Below are positions 39,159 through 47,082 of a stretch of DNA of 64,000 nt, piece after piece. A program made the translations under genes and the position numbers. The notes below the pieces were generated by a model. The model was not told the origin of the DNA, did no database searches, and was given only the letters and a program-made list of their open reading frames with translations. Every line of letters begins with the position of its first letter. Within the stretch, counting starts at the first letter, position 1. The DNA comes from Marine Group II euryarchaeote MED-G35 (GTDB taxonomy: Archaea > Thermoplasmatota > Poseidoniia > Poseidoniales > Thalassarchaeaceae): assembly GCA_002457155.1 (NCBI GenBank), contig NTJS01000004.1, forward strand, positions 1,953 through 65,952. The letters are read 5' to 3'.

Positions 39159-40577
39159 CTAACGCTGGATTGACTTTGTCTCGAGGAACTCTTCCATCCC
39201 ATGAATGCCCAACTCTCTTCCCAGTCCCGACTTCTTGTAACCGCCGAAAGGGGCTGTGATATTGAATGCGCCACCGTTGATGCTGACTTGCCCGGTTCTC
39301 AATTTTCTAGCGATCTTCATTGCCCTGGCCTCGTCGCCAGACCAAACCCCTCCAGAGAGTCCGTATTCTGAGTCGTTGGCTAGTTCGATCGCCTCCTCCT
39401 CGTTGGAGTATGTAGTGATGCAGAGAACAGGGCCAAAGATCTCCTCTCTGAACACAGTCATCTCTGGAGTCACATCGGCGAAGACGGTGGGCCTGACGTA
39501 GAATCCCGAATCCAAACCATTTGGCATGCCTTCTCCACCAGCGACCAATGTAGCACCTTCGTCGATTCCAGTTGAGATGTATCTCGAAACACTCTCTTGC
39601 TGCCTTTTTGAGACAAGTGGTCCGCACTTGCTTGTACCTTCCATCGGGTCTCCGACGGTGTAGCGGCCGATCTTGCTCGCGATAATTTCCACTACCTCTT
39701 CTCTGGAATCTTCTGGAATCAACAATCGGGTCAAAGCCGAGCACTCCTGTCCGGAGTTCCCGAAGCAGGAGTAAATCGCCGAGGAAGCAGCTCTTGGTAT
39801 GTCGGCATCGTCAAGGATGATGTTCGCACTCTTCCCACCAAGCTCCAAAGTCACTCTCTTGACACTTGGAGCCGCCAATTCTGACACCCTAATGCCAGCA
39901 TTCGTGGATCCAGTGAAGCTGACCATGTCCACTTCGGGGTGACTTGCCAGTGTCTCTCCGATTTCTCTGCCATGACCCGAAATAAGATTGAAAACTCCAT
40001 TCGGAAGGCCGATTTCATCCAGAATGTCTGCGAGGACAAATGCATTCAACGGGGCTTCCTTGGAGGGCTTCAGAACCATTGTGCATCCAGCCGCTATCGC
40101 TGGAGCGATCTTGCCAATAATCTGGTGCAGGGGGAAGTTCCAGGGGGTGATCATTGCCACCACCCCTATTGCCTCCTTCACTACGATCGAGTTTCTGACC
40201 TCCTCTTCCCAGACAAAACCATCCAGAATCTTGGCATACGACCTAGAGACAACTCTGGGTGTCCCGACCATCGCCATTCGGGAGTATTCTATCGGCGTCC
40301 CAACCTCAGATGTAATTAGCTCCGCCATTTCTTCCCCTCTGTCCTTTAACGCCGAGGAAAGCAGATTGAGGTAGTTCGACCTCTCATCGACCGTTGATTC
40401 CGACCAACTCGAGAATGCAGCCCTCGCGGCTTCTACGGCAGCATTTGCATCCGACTCGCTGCCTACTGGAACCGAGCCGATGATTTTCTCAGTAGCTGGA
40501 TTGACCACTTCTATGGTGCCCTCGCCATTGGGCTCGACCCAAGATCCATCGATGTATAGGTGCTGGCGTTCGTGCAT
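39159..40577 (-). CDS. NAD(P)+-dependent aldehyde dehydrogenase
   Basis: 'LYIDGSWV', 'ITPWNFPL', 'FTGSTNAG', 'LELGGKSA', 'GQECSA' (catalytic Cys) and 'EEIFGPV' are present. Internal ATG 40577 is preferred because the track's TTG at 40622 would sit 6 nt from the divergent gene's start. Confidence 0.92.
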   Translation of the reverse strand: MHERQHLYIDGSWVEPNGEGTIEVVNPATEKIIGSVPVGSESDANAAVEAARAAFSSWSESTVDERSNYLNLLSSALKDRGEEMAELITSEVGTPIEYSRMAMVGTPRVVSRSYAKILDGFVWEEEVRNSIVVKEAIGVVAMITPWNFPLHQIIGKIAPAIAAGCTMVLKPSKEAPLNAFVLADILDEIGLPNGVFNLISGHGREIGETLASHPEVDMVSFTGSTNAGIRVSELAAPSVKRVTLELGGKSANIILDDADIPRAASSAIYSCFGNSGQECSALTRLLIPEDSREEVVEIIASKIGRYTVGDPMEGTSKCGPLVSKRQQESVSRYISTGIDEGATLVAGGEGMPNGLDSGFYVRPTVFADVTPEMTVFREEIFGPVLCITTYSNEEEAIELANDSEYGLSGGVWSGDEARAMKIARKLRTGQVSINGGAFNITAPFGGYKKSGLGRELGIHGMEEFLETKSIQR

Positions 40578-40664
40578 GTTTGACCCAGACTGCACCATCT
40601 TATGATATTCATGCAAATTCAATAGAGCGTGCCCTGCCCGAGTGCCATGCCAGTTTCTTCCGAC

Positions 40665-41444
40665 ATGCTGGACGGAGGGGTCGCGTTGGTCACCCTGTCT
40701 CCCGATGCTTCCGCAGACACATTCGCCCCAGCCAACTTAGACGCTCTCCTTTCCACATTATATGAGATAATGTCCGATCCATTGTGCAGATCAGTGGTGA
40801 TTACAGGCTCAGGACGCTTCTTCTCCACAGGAGGAAACATTGACGATTTTGCCAGTGGAATTGAGTCTGGAGAGATTGGAGACAGGGTCCAGGAGATGAC
40901 AGACAAGCTACATCCTTTGTTGCTGAGAATGAGGACATCTGAGAAGGTATTCGTTTGCGCAATTAACGGATCGGTTGCTGGCGGCGGCTTCGGTTTGGCA
41001 TTGGCCTCTGACTATCGCGTCTGCGTACCTCAGGCAAAGCTAGCCTCGGCCTTCTTTCGCCTAGGGCTTTCTCCGGATGGGGGGATGACTTGGTTGCTCC
41101 CACGTTTGGTTGGAAATCAGGTGGCAAAGAGATTCCTCTTCAATTCTGAGGTTTGGTCCGGTGAGAAGGCAATGGAGATTGGTGCGGTGGATGAATTAGT
41201 GGAAGAAAGCATCCTAGTCGAGAGGTCCTTGGAAGTCGCCAGAGAGTGGGGCAAATGGTCAGTTAACAGCAGGAGGGGAACGAAGCAGTTGCTCGATGCA
41301 TCCACTTCGACATTCTTTGAAACACAACTTCAGTTCGAACAGTCTCTAATGGTCGCATCCTCAAAGACCACCGACTTCGCTGAAGGCGTGAGATCCTTCA
41401 AGGAAAAGAGAGAACCTTCGTTCGGAGCCGAAGAGGATGAGTAG
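40665..41444 (+). CDS. enoyl-CoA hydratase/isomerase (crotonase) family
   Basis: 'VVITGSGRFFSTGGNI', 'CAINGSVAGGGFGLALASD' and 'FRLGLSPDGGMTWLLPRLVG' are present. Alternative starts are at 40629 (GTG) and 40647. Confidence 0.85.
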   Translation: MLDGGVALVTLSPDASADTFAPANLDALLSTLYEIMSDPLCRSVVITGSGRFFSTGGNIDDFASGIESGEIGDRVQEMTDKLHPLLLRMRTSEKVFVCAINGSVAGGGFGLALASDYRVCVPQAKLASAFFRLGLSPDGGMTWLLPRLVGNQVAKRFLFNSEVWSGEKAMEIGAVDELVEESILVERSLEVAREWGKWSVNSRRGTKQLLDASTSTFFETQLQFEQSLMVASSKTTDFAEGVRSFKEKREPSFGAEEDE

Positions 41445-41907
41445 ATTGTCCCGAAGACTCATTGTAATGCGTCATGCGAAGAGTAGTTGGAAAGAGACTG
41501 GGATAACTGATCACGATCGCCCCCTGAACAAGAGGGGGCTTAGAGACGCCCCACGGATAGCAGATGCCATCCATGACAGAGGATGGACACCAGACCTGAT
41601 TCTGGTTAGCAGTTCTAAGAGGACACTTCAGACTCTCTCAGGGATGTCCAATAGGTTCGAGGGGGTGCAATCAGAAATCCGACCGGAGATATACCACGCC
41701 ACCGTGTATGACTTGCTGCTAGTATTGGAGGACATGGCCCAAGAAGGAACGACAATGGTTCTGGGCCATAATCCCGGTTCAGAGATACTAGTCAACCACC
41801 TGTCGGGAGAATGGCATGTGATGCCAACCGCGGCCGCCGTGCTTTTGGTCGAGTCTACAGGGCAGTGGGAGGTCCAGAAGGTTATTCGTCCCAAGGAGAT
41901 TCAGTAG
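41437..41907 (+). CDS. sixA: histidine phosphatase superfamily protein (SixA-like)
   Basis: 'LIVMRHAKSSW...DHDRPLNKRG' is the RHA catalytic motif, and 'VLGHNPG' follows later. The gene overlaps the upstream crotonase by 8 nt. Confidence 0.72.
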   Translation: MSRLSRRLIVMRHAKSSWKETGITDHDRPLNKRGLRDAPRIADAIHDRGWTPDLILVSSSKRTLQTLSGMSNRFEGVQSEIRPEIYHATVYDLLLVLEDMAQEGTTMVLGHNPGSEILVNHLSGEWHVMPTAAAVLLVESTGQWEVQKVIRPKEIQ

Positions 41908-43227
41908 TCAGGGATGTTCCGGAACCACTTCCGACCAGTGCGACATCTTGTTCAGTGTGATAGTCACGTTAGTAACCTCACCTTCTTCCCAGTAGTCAAC
42001 TGCTACGAAGGTGGGTCTGTTGTCCATCTCCTCCCAGCACTCCAGAGATCTGTTGAGCAGAGTCTCGTATTCATTCACCTCGTTTGCCAAAACAGGGTCC
42101 GGGAGCCCATAGATGCTTGAAAGCCAGTTATTCAGGTGCCAAACCGGTTGCGAGCCATCTCCACGGTGAACGGTGCAAGACATCTCTTCCTTGCTACCCT
42201 CAGCATAGTTCGTAGTCCAACCGAACATCCCAAAGTCATGCAACCATGGATAGTCATCGTTCTGTGATTGCTCCCAGAAAACAACCAGGTCCTTGCCATC
42301 AAGAACCATGTCGCCCAAGCTGGGCCATTCTTCCCCTAGGGTGTGGATGTATATTCGATCAGACATGCCAGTCTCATTGAACAGGAACTGCAGATGAGAG
42401 GCCGGGACGTAGTTCTCTATAAGGAGGGTGACCACGTCTCCACTCGAGTTGTTCATCAGGGAATTCAGGAGATTCATCCACTGGAATGCATCCACCTCTC
42501 CGAAATTGCAGGGGTGGAAGAACTGGCCAGTGCTGTGGCAGAATCTCACGTCCTCAGCAGAAGTATTGTCATAGCTCCTGTGATGGGAATCGACCATGAA
42601 TGCTCTGATCCCGTCTTCCCACTGCCGTTGGAGTCCAGTGTAGTGATTAACCCCTACTAGAATTTGGTCCTCTATCGTAGAGTACGCGTTGTGAGTCTCT
42701 GCGAAGGTGAAGTCATCATAGGTCCTGAGACAGAAAACGGTGACTCCATGGCAAGTCATGAAATCATCTGAATCCATCGGATCGAAGCCCCTCTCCAACT
42801 CCCATTCGTTGGGCAGACCATCTCCGTCTGCATCATCGTCCCACTCGTCGCAAATCATGTCTCCATCCAGATCCTCGGGGATAGAATACCGGTCAAGTGA
42901 ATCAGTGCCACATTCCACCTCGGCATCATCGGTCCAGGAATCATCATCGTCATCTCCATCCAAGACGTCGCACACAGAATCCCCATCGGTGTCCTTTGGA
43001 AGGTCATCCCCATTATTGGGGTCAGAAGTGCAGTTCAACTCAACAGAATTCTCCCATCCGTCACCATCCACGTCAACATCCTCGGAGTCTTGAATCCCAT
43101 CCCCATCCATGTCGGGAGGAGATTTCTCCATGCAACCCGAAGAAATGAGTAGAGCGCACAATAATAGCGAACCAAGTTTTTCATGCATCGTCCCAGCTCT
43201 GCGTTTCGATACACCTAGAGATTTCAA
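41908..43227 (-). CDS. secreted (lipobox) protein: thrombospondin-type-3-like Ca-binding Asp repeats + PLC-like phosphodiesterase (PI-PLC X-domain) fold
   Basis: The signal is 'GSLLLCALLISSGC'. The Asp repeats are 'DMDGDGIQDSEDVDVDGDGW', 'DTDGDSVCDVLDGDDDDD' and 'DLDGDMICDEWDDDADGDGLPN'. The C-terminal domain has 'ETHNAYS', 'GIRAFMVDSHH', 'RFCHS', 'VVTLLIENYV', 'WPSLGDMVLDGKDLVVF' and 'SCTVHRGD..LNNW', resembling PLC-like phosphodiesterases. An alternative start at 43188 would remove the overlap with ppk2. Confidence 0.6.
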   Translation of the reverse strand: MKSLGVSKRRAGTMHEKLGSLLLCALLISSGCMEKSPPDMDGDGIQDSEDVDVDGDGWENSVELNCTSDPNNGDDLPKDTDGDSVCDVLDGDDDDDSWTDDAEVECGTDSLDRYSIPEDLDGDMICDEWDDDADGDGLPNEWELERGFDPMDSDDFMTCHGVTVFCLRTYDDFTFAETHNAYSTIEDQILVGVNHYTGLQRQWEDGIRAFMVDSHHRSYDNTSAEDVRFCHSTGQFFHPCNFGEVDAFQWMNLLNSLMNNSSGDVVTLLIENYVPASHLQFLFNETGMSDRIYIHTLGEEWPSLGDMVLDGKDLVVFWEQSQNDDYPWLHDFGMFGWTTNYAEGSKEEMSCTVHRGDGSQPVWHLNNWLSSIYGLPDPVLANEVNEYETLLNRSLECWEEMDNRPTFVAVDYWEEGEVTNVTITLNKMSHWSEVVPEHP

Positions 43228-44042
43228 TCCATTATCGTCTCGTGATGGTTCGGAACGAAGGTCTGCTCCGTCATCGGTGGCCTGACATACCCTCTAGCAC
43301 TCTTCCGATCTGGGAGCTCAATTGGCTCAGGAGTAAGGTCCTCGTATTCAATCATTGAGAGAAAGTGACTGATGCAATTCAAGTGCGCATGCCTCTTGAT
43401 ATCGGAGTTTACCACGAACCATGGAGACTGCTTGGTGTCCGTATGAGCGAACATCACGTCCTTCGCCTCGGAGTAGTCTTCCCAACGGGTAAGCGACTCT
43501 AGGTCCATTGGACTTAGCTTCCACCTCTTGTGCGGTTCGTCTAGTCTTGCCTTGAAGCGCTTCAATTGCTCGTCATCGGAGACCGAGAACCAGTATTTGA
43601 TCAGAATCGTCCCTGATCTCATCAGCATCCTCTCGAACATAGGGCAGGATCTCATGAACTCGTCATATTCGTCCTCATCACAGAACCCCATCACTCTCTC
43701 GACCCCTGACCTGTTGTACCAACTTCTGTCGAACATCACTATCTCTCCGGCCGCGGGAAGGTGGTTGACGTACCTTTGGAAGTACCACTCTGTCTTCTGC
43801 CGCTCGGTTGGGGCTGGTAGAGCAGCGACCCTCACAACCCTTGGGTTGAGGTACTGGGAGATCCTCTTGATTACGCCGCCCTTGCCAGCAGCATCCCTTC
43901 CTTCGAAGACAACAACGACCTTCAGCCCCTTTGCCTTCACCCACTCCTGCAGCTTGATCAACTCAAGCTGGAGTCTGAATAGCTCCGCATTGTACTTCTT
44001 CTTACCAATCCTCTCGATTTTGTTGCCCCCGTTGTCGCCCAT
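43224..44042 (-). CDS. ppk2: polyphosphate kinase 2 family
   Basis: 'LKVVVVFEGRDAAGKGGVIKRI' (Walker A), 'PTERQKTEWYFQRY', 'MFDRSWYN' and 'KRWKLSPMD' are present. Confidence 0.9.
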   Translation of the reverse strand: MGDNGGNKIERIGKKKYNAELFRLQLELIKLQEWVKAKGLKVVVVFEGRDAAGKGGVIKRISQYLNPRVVRVAALPAPTERQKTEWYFQRYVNHLPAAGEIVMFDRSWYNRSGVERVMGFCDEDEYDEFMRSCPMFERMLMRSGTILIKYWFSVSDDEQLKRFKARLDEPHKRWKLSPMDLESLTRWEDYSEAKDVMFAHTDTKQSPWFVVNSDIKRHAHLNCISHFLSMIEYEDLTPEPIELPDRKSARGYVRPPMTEQTFVPNHHETIMD

Positions 44043-44110
44043 TGCAATCAGGCTTCCATGGCCGTCAGTGACAAAAGCCCTCTGGTCATCATTTTCCAGA
44101 AATCACACGC

Positions 44111-44773
44111 CTATAGCAGGCTGACAAGATCATTCAATGCCACGGAAGGGTCATCCGATTTTGTCACCCCACTAGCCAGAAGAACCCCAGAAGTACCAAG
44201 GTCAATCGCCTTCGAAACGTCAGAGCCGGTCTTCACGCCAGCCCCACAAAGAATACCCACAGCCCCTGACACATCCTTCACCGCCTGAGCAGTCCCACTG
44301 ACAATCTCTGGATCTGCACTAGTCACGGACACTTCACCTCCAATCAACTCCGGTGGTTCCACAGCGACGAAGTCGGGTTCCAAAGCCGCGAGAGCCCTAG
44401 CCTCCTCTACATCAGCAGCACATGCGCATACCTCGAATTCTTCGGGGACCTGTTCAAGCAGCATTGCCACGTGCTCAAGACTGACCTTGTGCTCTGCATG
44501 GTTGATCAGTGTCCCAGAGGCTCCCCTCTCAATCGCGGTAGAGGGATGCAACCATCCAGTATTCGAACCGAATCCGACTGGATCCAGGTGCTGGCACCAG
44601 ACCTCAAGACCGGGGGCTGCAGCCACGACAGCGGACAGGTCAATCGCAGATACCGCGGCAATCATCCTTGCACCTGTTTCTATGTTGGCCATAGCCAGAG
44701 CCAGACTCTCAGCCGAGGCGCCATGAGCAGTCTGGTACGTCTTGAAGTTCACAACTACAAGAGGGTCGCTCAC
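44111..44773 (-). CDS. tpiA: triosephosphate isomerase (short archaeal type)
   Basis: The product is 220 aa with 'VVVNFKTY', 'TLINHAEH', 'AVEPPELIG' and 'ILCGAGV'. Confidence 0.9.
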   Translation of the reverse strand: MSDPLVVVNFKTYQTAHGASAESLALAMANIETGARMIAAVSAIDLSAVVAAAPGLEVWCQHLDPVGFGSNTGWLHPSTAIERGASGTLINHAEHKVSLEHVAMLLEQVPEEFEVCACAADVEEARALAALEPDFVAVEPPELIGGEVSVTSADPEIVSGTAQAVKDVSGAVGILCGAGVKTGSDVSKAIDLGTSGVLLASGVTKSDDPSVALNDLVSLL

Positions 44774-44846
44774 AGTATCCCGAGTCGTCCGGCCTCTTTG
44801 ACCGTGTTGGGGATTAGTCCAATACCTAGGACTAGTTCTGGGGTCT

Positions 44847-46157
44847 ATGGCAGAGTCTCCAGAATGGACGGAGAGTAGCCTTTCTGAGCACTACTCAGAT
44901 GGATCTGGGATCGATCTCTCGTGGTTGGATAAGCCAACCAGGCACCAATTCCGATGGAGGACTCTGAAGGGACCATGGGTTTCATCGAGGAAGAGAATTT
45001 CATCAGGCGAATCACTAGTGAAGTCCTTCGACTCGATGCCCACTGATGTGTATGTGTCAACTTCCTCTTGGCTAGACCCAGTTAACCTCCCTCGATTGAA
45101 GGACTCCAAGCGCCCATCGCCCATTCTGATTGACCACATGGTCGTTTTCGACATCGATATGAGGCCATTCTGCAGGAGTAGGCTGGAGCTGGCGAGGAAA
45201 GAGGCCCTCAGCCTAAGTGAATGGATCACCGAGAATACTGATTTGGAAATTCGCCATGCCTCTTTCTCCGGAAGCAAGGGCTTCCACATAGTGGCCATTG
45301 ACCCGGACAGGTCGCCTTTCGAAGAGCCAGACCCAGCAAAGAGGGAGCTAGCGGTAAGGGAGAACAGGAAGGCTCTGCTAGGAAGGGTGATTGAAGCAGG
45401 TCACGATGTCGACCCTGTGGTTACTGCAGACACGCGTAGGATAATCCGAGTGCCAGGGACATTGCATGGCTCAACCGGCTGGGCTTGCTCGATTCTCGGG
45501 GAAGGGCTACTTGAGAGGCCAGTAAGAGAGTGGATATCTGACATCCCGAAACATGAGATGGCCTCTTCGATGCCTAGAAGGCCTCCGATCAAGATTCCCC
45601 GATTTAAGCCCAGAAAGAAGACAGCGGTTAGGACACGTACAGTCATGGCAGGGAGTCATGAGTTTGTCAGCCTAGAGGTAAGCAGCCATGTCCCCGGAAC
45701 GAAGGACCGTTCCGCATTGGTGGCATGGCTCCCGGTTCGATGGGGAAATGCCTCTGATTCGATTGACAGGGCCCAAATGGAGTTTGACTCCATCGACCTA
45801 GGGCCCGTGGCCTACATGCACGACGGCGAGAGGGTTCTGGCAATCATCCCAAGGGCGATACCACGAGATTTCCTTCTAAGTAGAATTGGCAGAATGGGGA
45901 TTAGGGGACTAGAGAATGATCTCAGGAGGTTCGAACACTCTTGGGTCAGGATTTCTGGCAGGATGGTCGAGGGTGATTGGGAGGCCGAGATGGAACCAAT
46001 TACAGTGCTCGGCTACGACTCTAGTGAGAGGTGCATGCACCCTTGGTCCGCTCCCCATCTCGACCTTTGCAAGAGTCTCGGCCTACCAATCAGGCATGGT
46101 GCAGGCGATATCTCAGGGAAACCAAAGGCATCCATCAGAGTAGCCGTCCGGCGCTGA
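44847..46157 (+). CDS. priS: archaeo-eukaryotic primase (AEP) catalytic subunit, PriS-like, with long unassigned C-terminal half
   Basis: AEP motif I is 'MVVFDIDM', motif II is 'FSGSKGFHIVA', and the motif III region is 'DPVVTADTRRIIRVPGTLHGSTG'. 'VYVSTSSWLDP' lies upstream. The ~190 aa after the catalytic core are unrecognised. Confidence 0.75.
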   Translation: MAESPEWTESSLSEHYSDGSGIDLSWLDKPTRHQFRWRTLKGPWVSSRKRISSGESLVKSFDSMPTDVYVSTSSWLDPVNLPRLKDSKRPSPILIDHMVVFDIDMRPFCRSRLELARKEALSLSEWITENTDLEIRHASFSGSKGFHIVAIDPDRSPFEEPDPAKRELAVRENRKALLGRVIEAGHDVDPVVTADTRRIIRVPGTLHGSTGWACSILGEGLLERPVREWISDIPKHEMASSMPRRPPIKIPRFKPRKKTAVRTRTVMAGSHEFVSLEVSSHVPGTKDRSALVAWLPVRWGNASDSIDRAQMEFDSIDLGPVAYMHDGERVLAIIPRAIPRDFLLSRIGRMGIRGLENDLRRFEHSWVRISGRMVEGDWEAEMEPITVLGYDSSERCMHPWSAPHLDLCKSLGLPIRHGAGDISGKPKASIRVAVRR

Positions 46158-46222
46158 GTTTATTTCCCGTCGTTCCAACCGCGTTTCGTCCCGAAGAAGG
46201 AGCCCAATGGGCAATGACTGCT

Positions 46223-46285
46223 GTTGCGTGCCGCAACCTTCGCATCGTACCTCATCGGTCCGGGCGCCGGGACAGCGCCCGGGCC
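46223..46285 (+). other. two GC-rich hairpins between primase and the zinc-finger membrane gene
   Basis: 46223-46237 'gttgcg-tgc-cgcaac' forms a 6-bp stem. 46257-46285 'GGTCCGGGCGC-CGGGACA-GCGCCCGGGCC' forms an 11-bp stem (one G-U) with a 7-nt loop, ending 18 nt before ATG 46303. No T-tract follows. Confidence 0.35.
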
Positions 46286-46302
46286 TCAAGGTTGTGCAAC
46301 CT

Positions 46303-47082
46303 ATGTCTGCTGAGATTGTCCTGGGAATCATTGTCCTCTTCTTCAGTGGTGTCTGGTCTGCAATCAAGTTCGTGGACGATTACACAGACAACAGATTGGT
46401 GTTCTTCGTTCCAGCGGCGGTGCTGTCTCTGTTCCTTCTTACTGGAATAGGAGAGGGCTTTGTGTTCTTCGCCTTCCTCTTCGCTTTCGGACCAATAATT
46501 GCCATGCTGATAATTGTCGGACTCGATCAGGGTGGCCAAAACTCAATTTCATCAACAAGAGCATGGGCTACATCGAGTTCAAGTCCAAGAAAGAAGAAGG
46601 ACCTGAATCGCAAACTCGCACCGAGTTACAAGCGTGCGTATGACAGATTGATTGGTTATGTCCAAGCCAGGGGGGGAAAAATCAAATCCCGGGATGACGG
46701 AATTCGCAGGCTTAACGAATTGGGATCTTTCGATGCGGAACGATTCTTCTCGAGCCCTTACGTTATCAAGACGCTAGGCCTTCCCTCCGAATCTACCTCC
46801 AAAAAACAGTCACATGTTTCTGGAGGCGGTGCCTCCAATGGATCAGAAAGAAAGGGTTCAGGCGATTTTTCTGAAATTGAAGGTGACGATTGGTGGGAGA
46901 AGGGTTACGAGGGCGGAACAGAAAAACCAACTCAGGCATCAGATCCATCTGAGGAGTCATGTGGAAACCCACAGTGCTCTAATCCAGTGACGGCCTTCGA
47001 CTTCCGTTGCTTCACGTGCCGAAAGAGGTTCTGCAGAGACCACGCGGGAGTAAAAATCGATTGCAATGGTTGTTCACAGTAA
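46303..47082 (+). CDS. membrane protein with C-terminal AN1-like Cys/His zinc-finger
   Basis: Three TM helices follow internal ATG 46303. The linker is Ser/Lys-rich. The C-terminal 'CGNPQCSNPVTAFDFRCFTCRKRFCRDHAGVKIDCNGC' has the pattern C-x4-C-x10-C-x2-C-x4-C-x2-H-x6-C-x2-C. The track start at 46207 adds a Cys/Pro/Arg-rich segment that overlaps strong hairpins. Confidence 0.5.
   Translation: MSAEIVLGIIVLFFSGVWSAIKFVDDYTDNRLVFFVPAAVLSLFLLTGIGEGFVFFAFLFAFGPIIAMLIIVGLDQGGQNSISSTRAWATSSSSPRKKKDLNRKLAPSYKRAYDRLIGYVQARGGKIKSRDDGIRRLNELGSFDAERFFSSPYVIKTLGLPSESTSKKQSHVSGGGASNGSERKGSGDFSEIEGDDWWEKGYEGGTEKPTQASDPSEESCGNPQCSNPVTAFDFRCFTCRKRFCRDHAGVKIDCNGCSQ

Noticed and set aside
42780-43130. Periodic GAT/GAC-rich DNA that looks like a tandem repeat
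   Set aside because: It is the coding sequence (minus strand) of degenerate thrombospondin-type-3-like Asp-rich calcium-binding repeats. The periodicity is at the protein level, and the nucleotide copies are not identical.
46207-46302. N-terminal extension 'MGNDCCCVPQPSHRTSSVRAPGQRPGLKVVQP' of the zinc-finger membrane protein
   Set aside because: It has a Cys/Pro/Arg-rich, non-protein-like composition that coincides exactly with two GC-rich hairpins. The ATG at 46303 begins directly at the first TM helix. I kept it as an alternative only.
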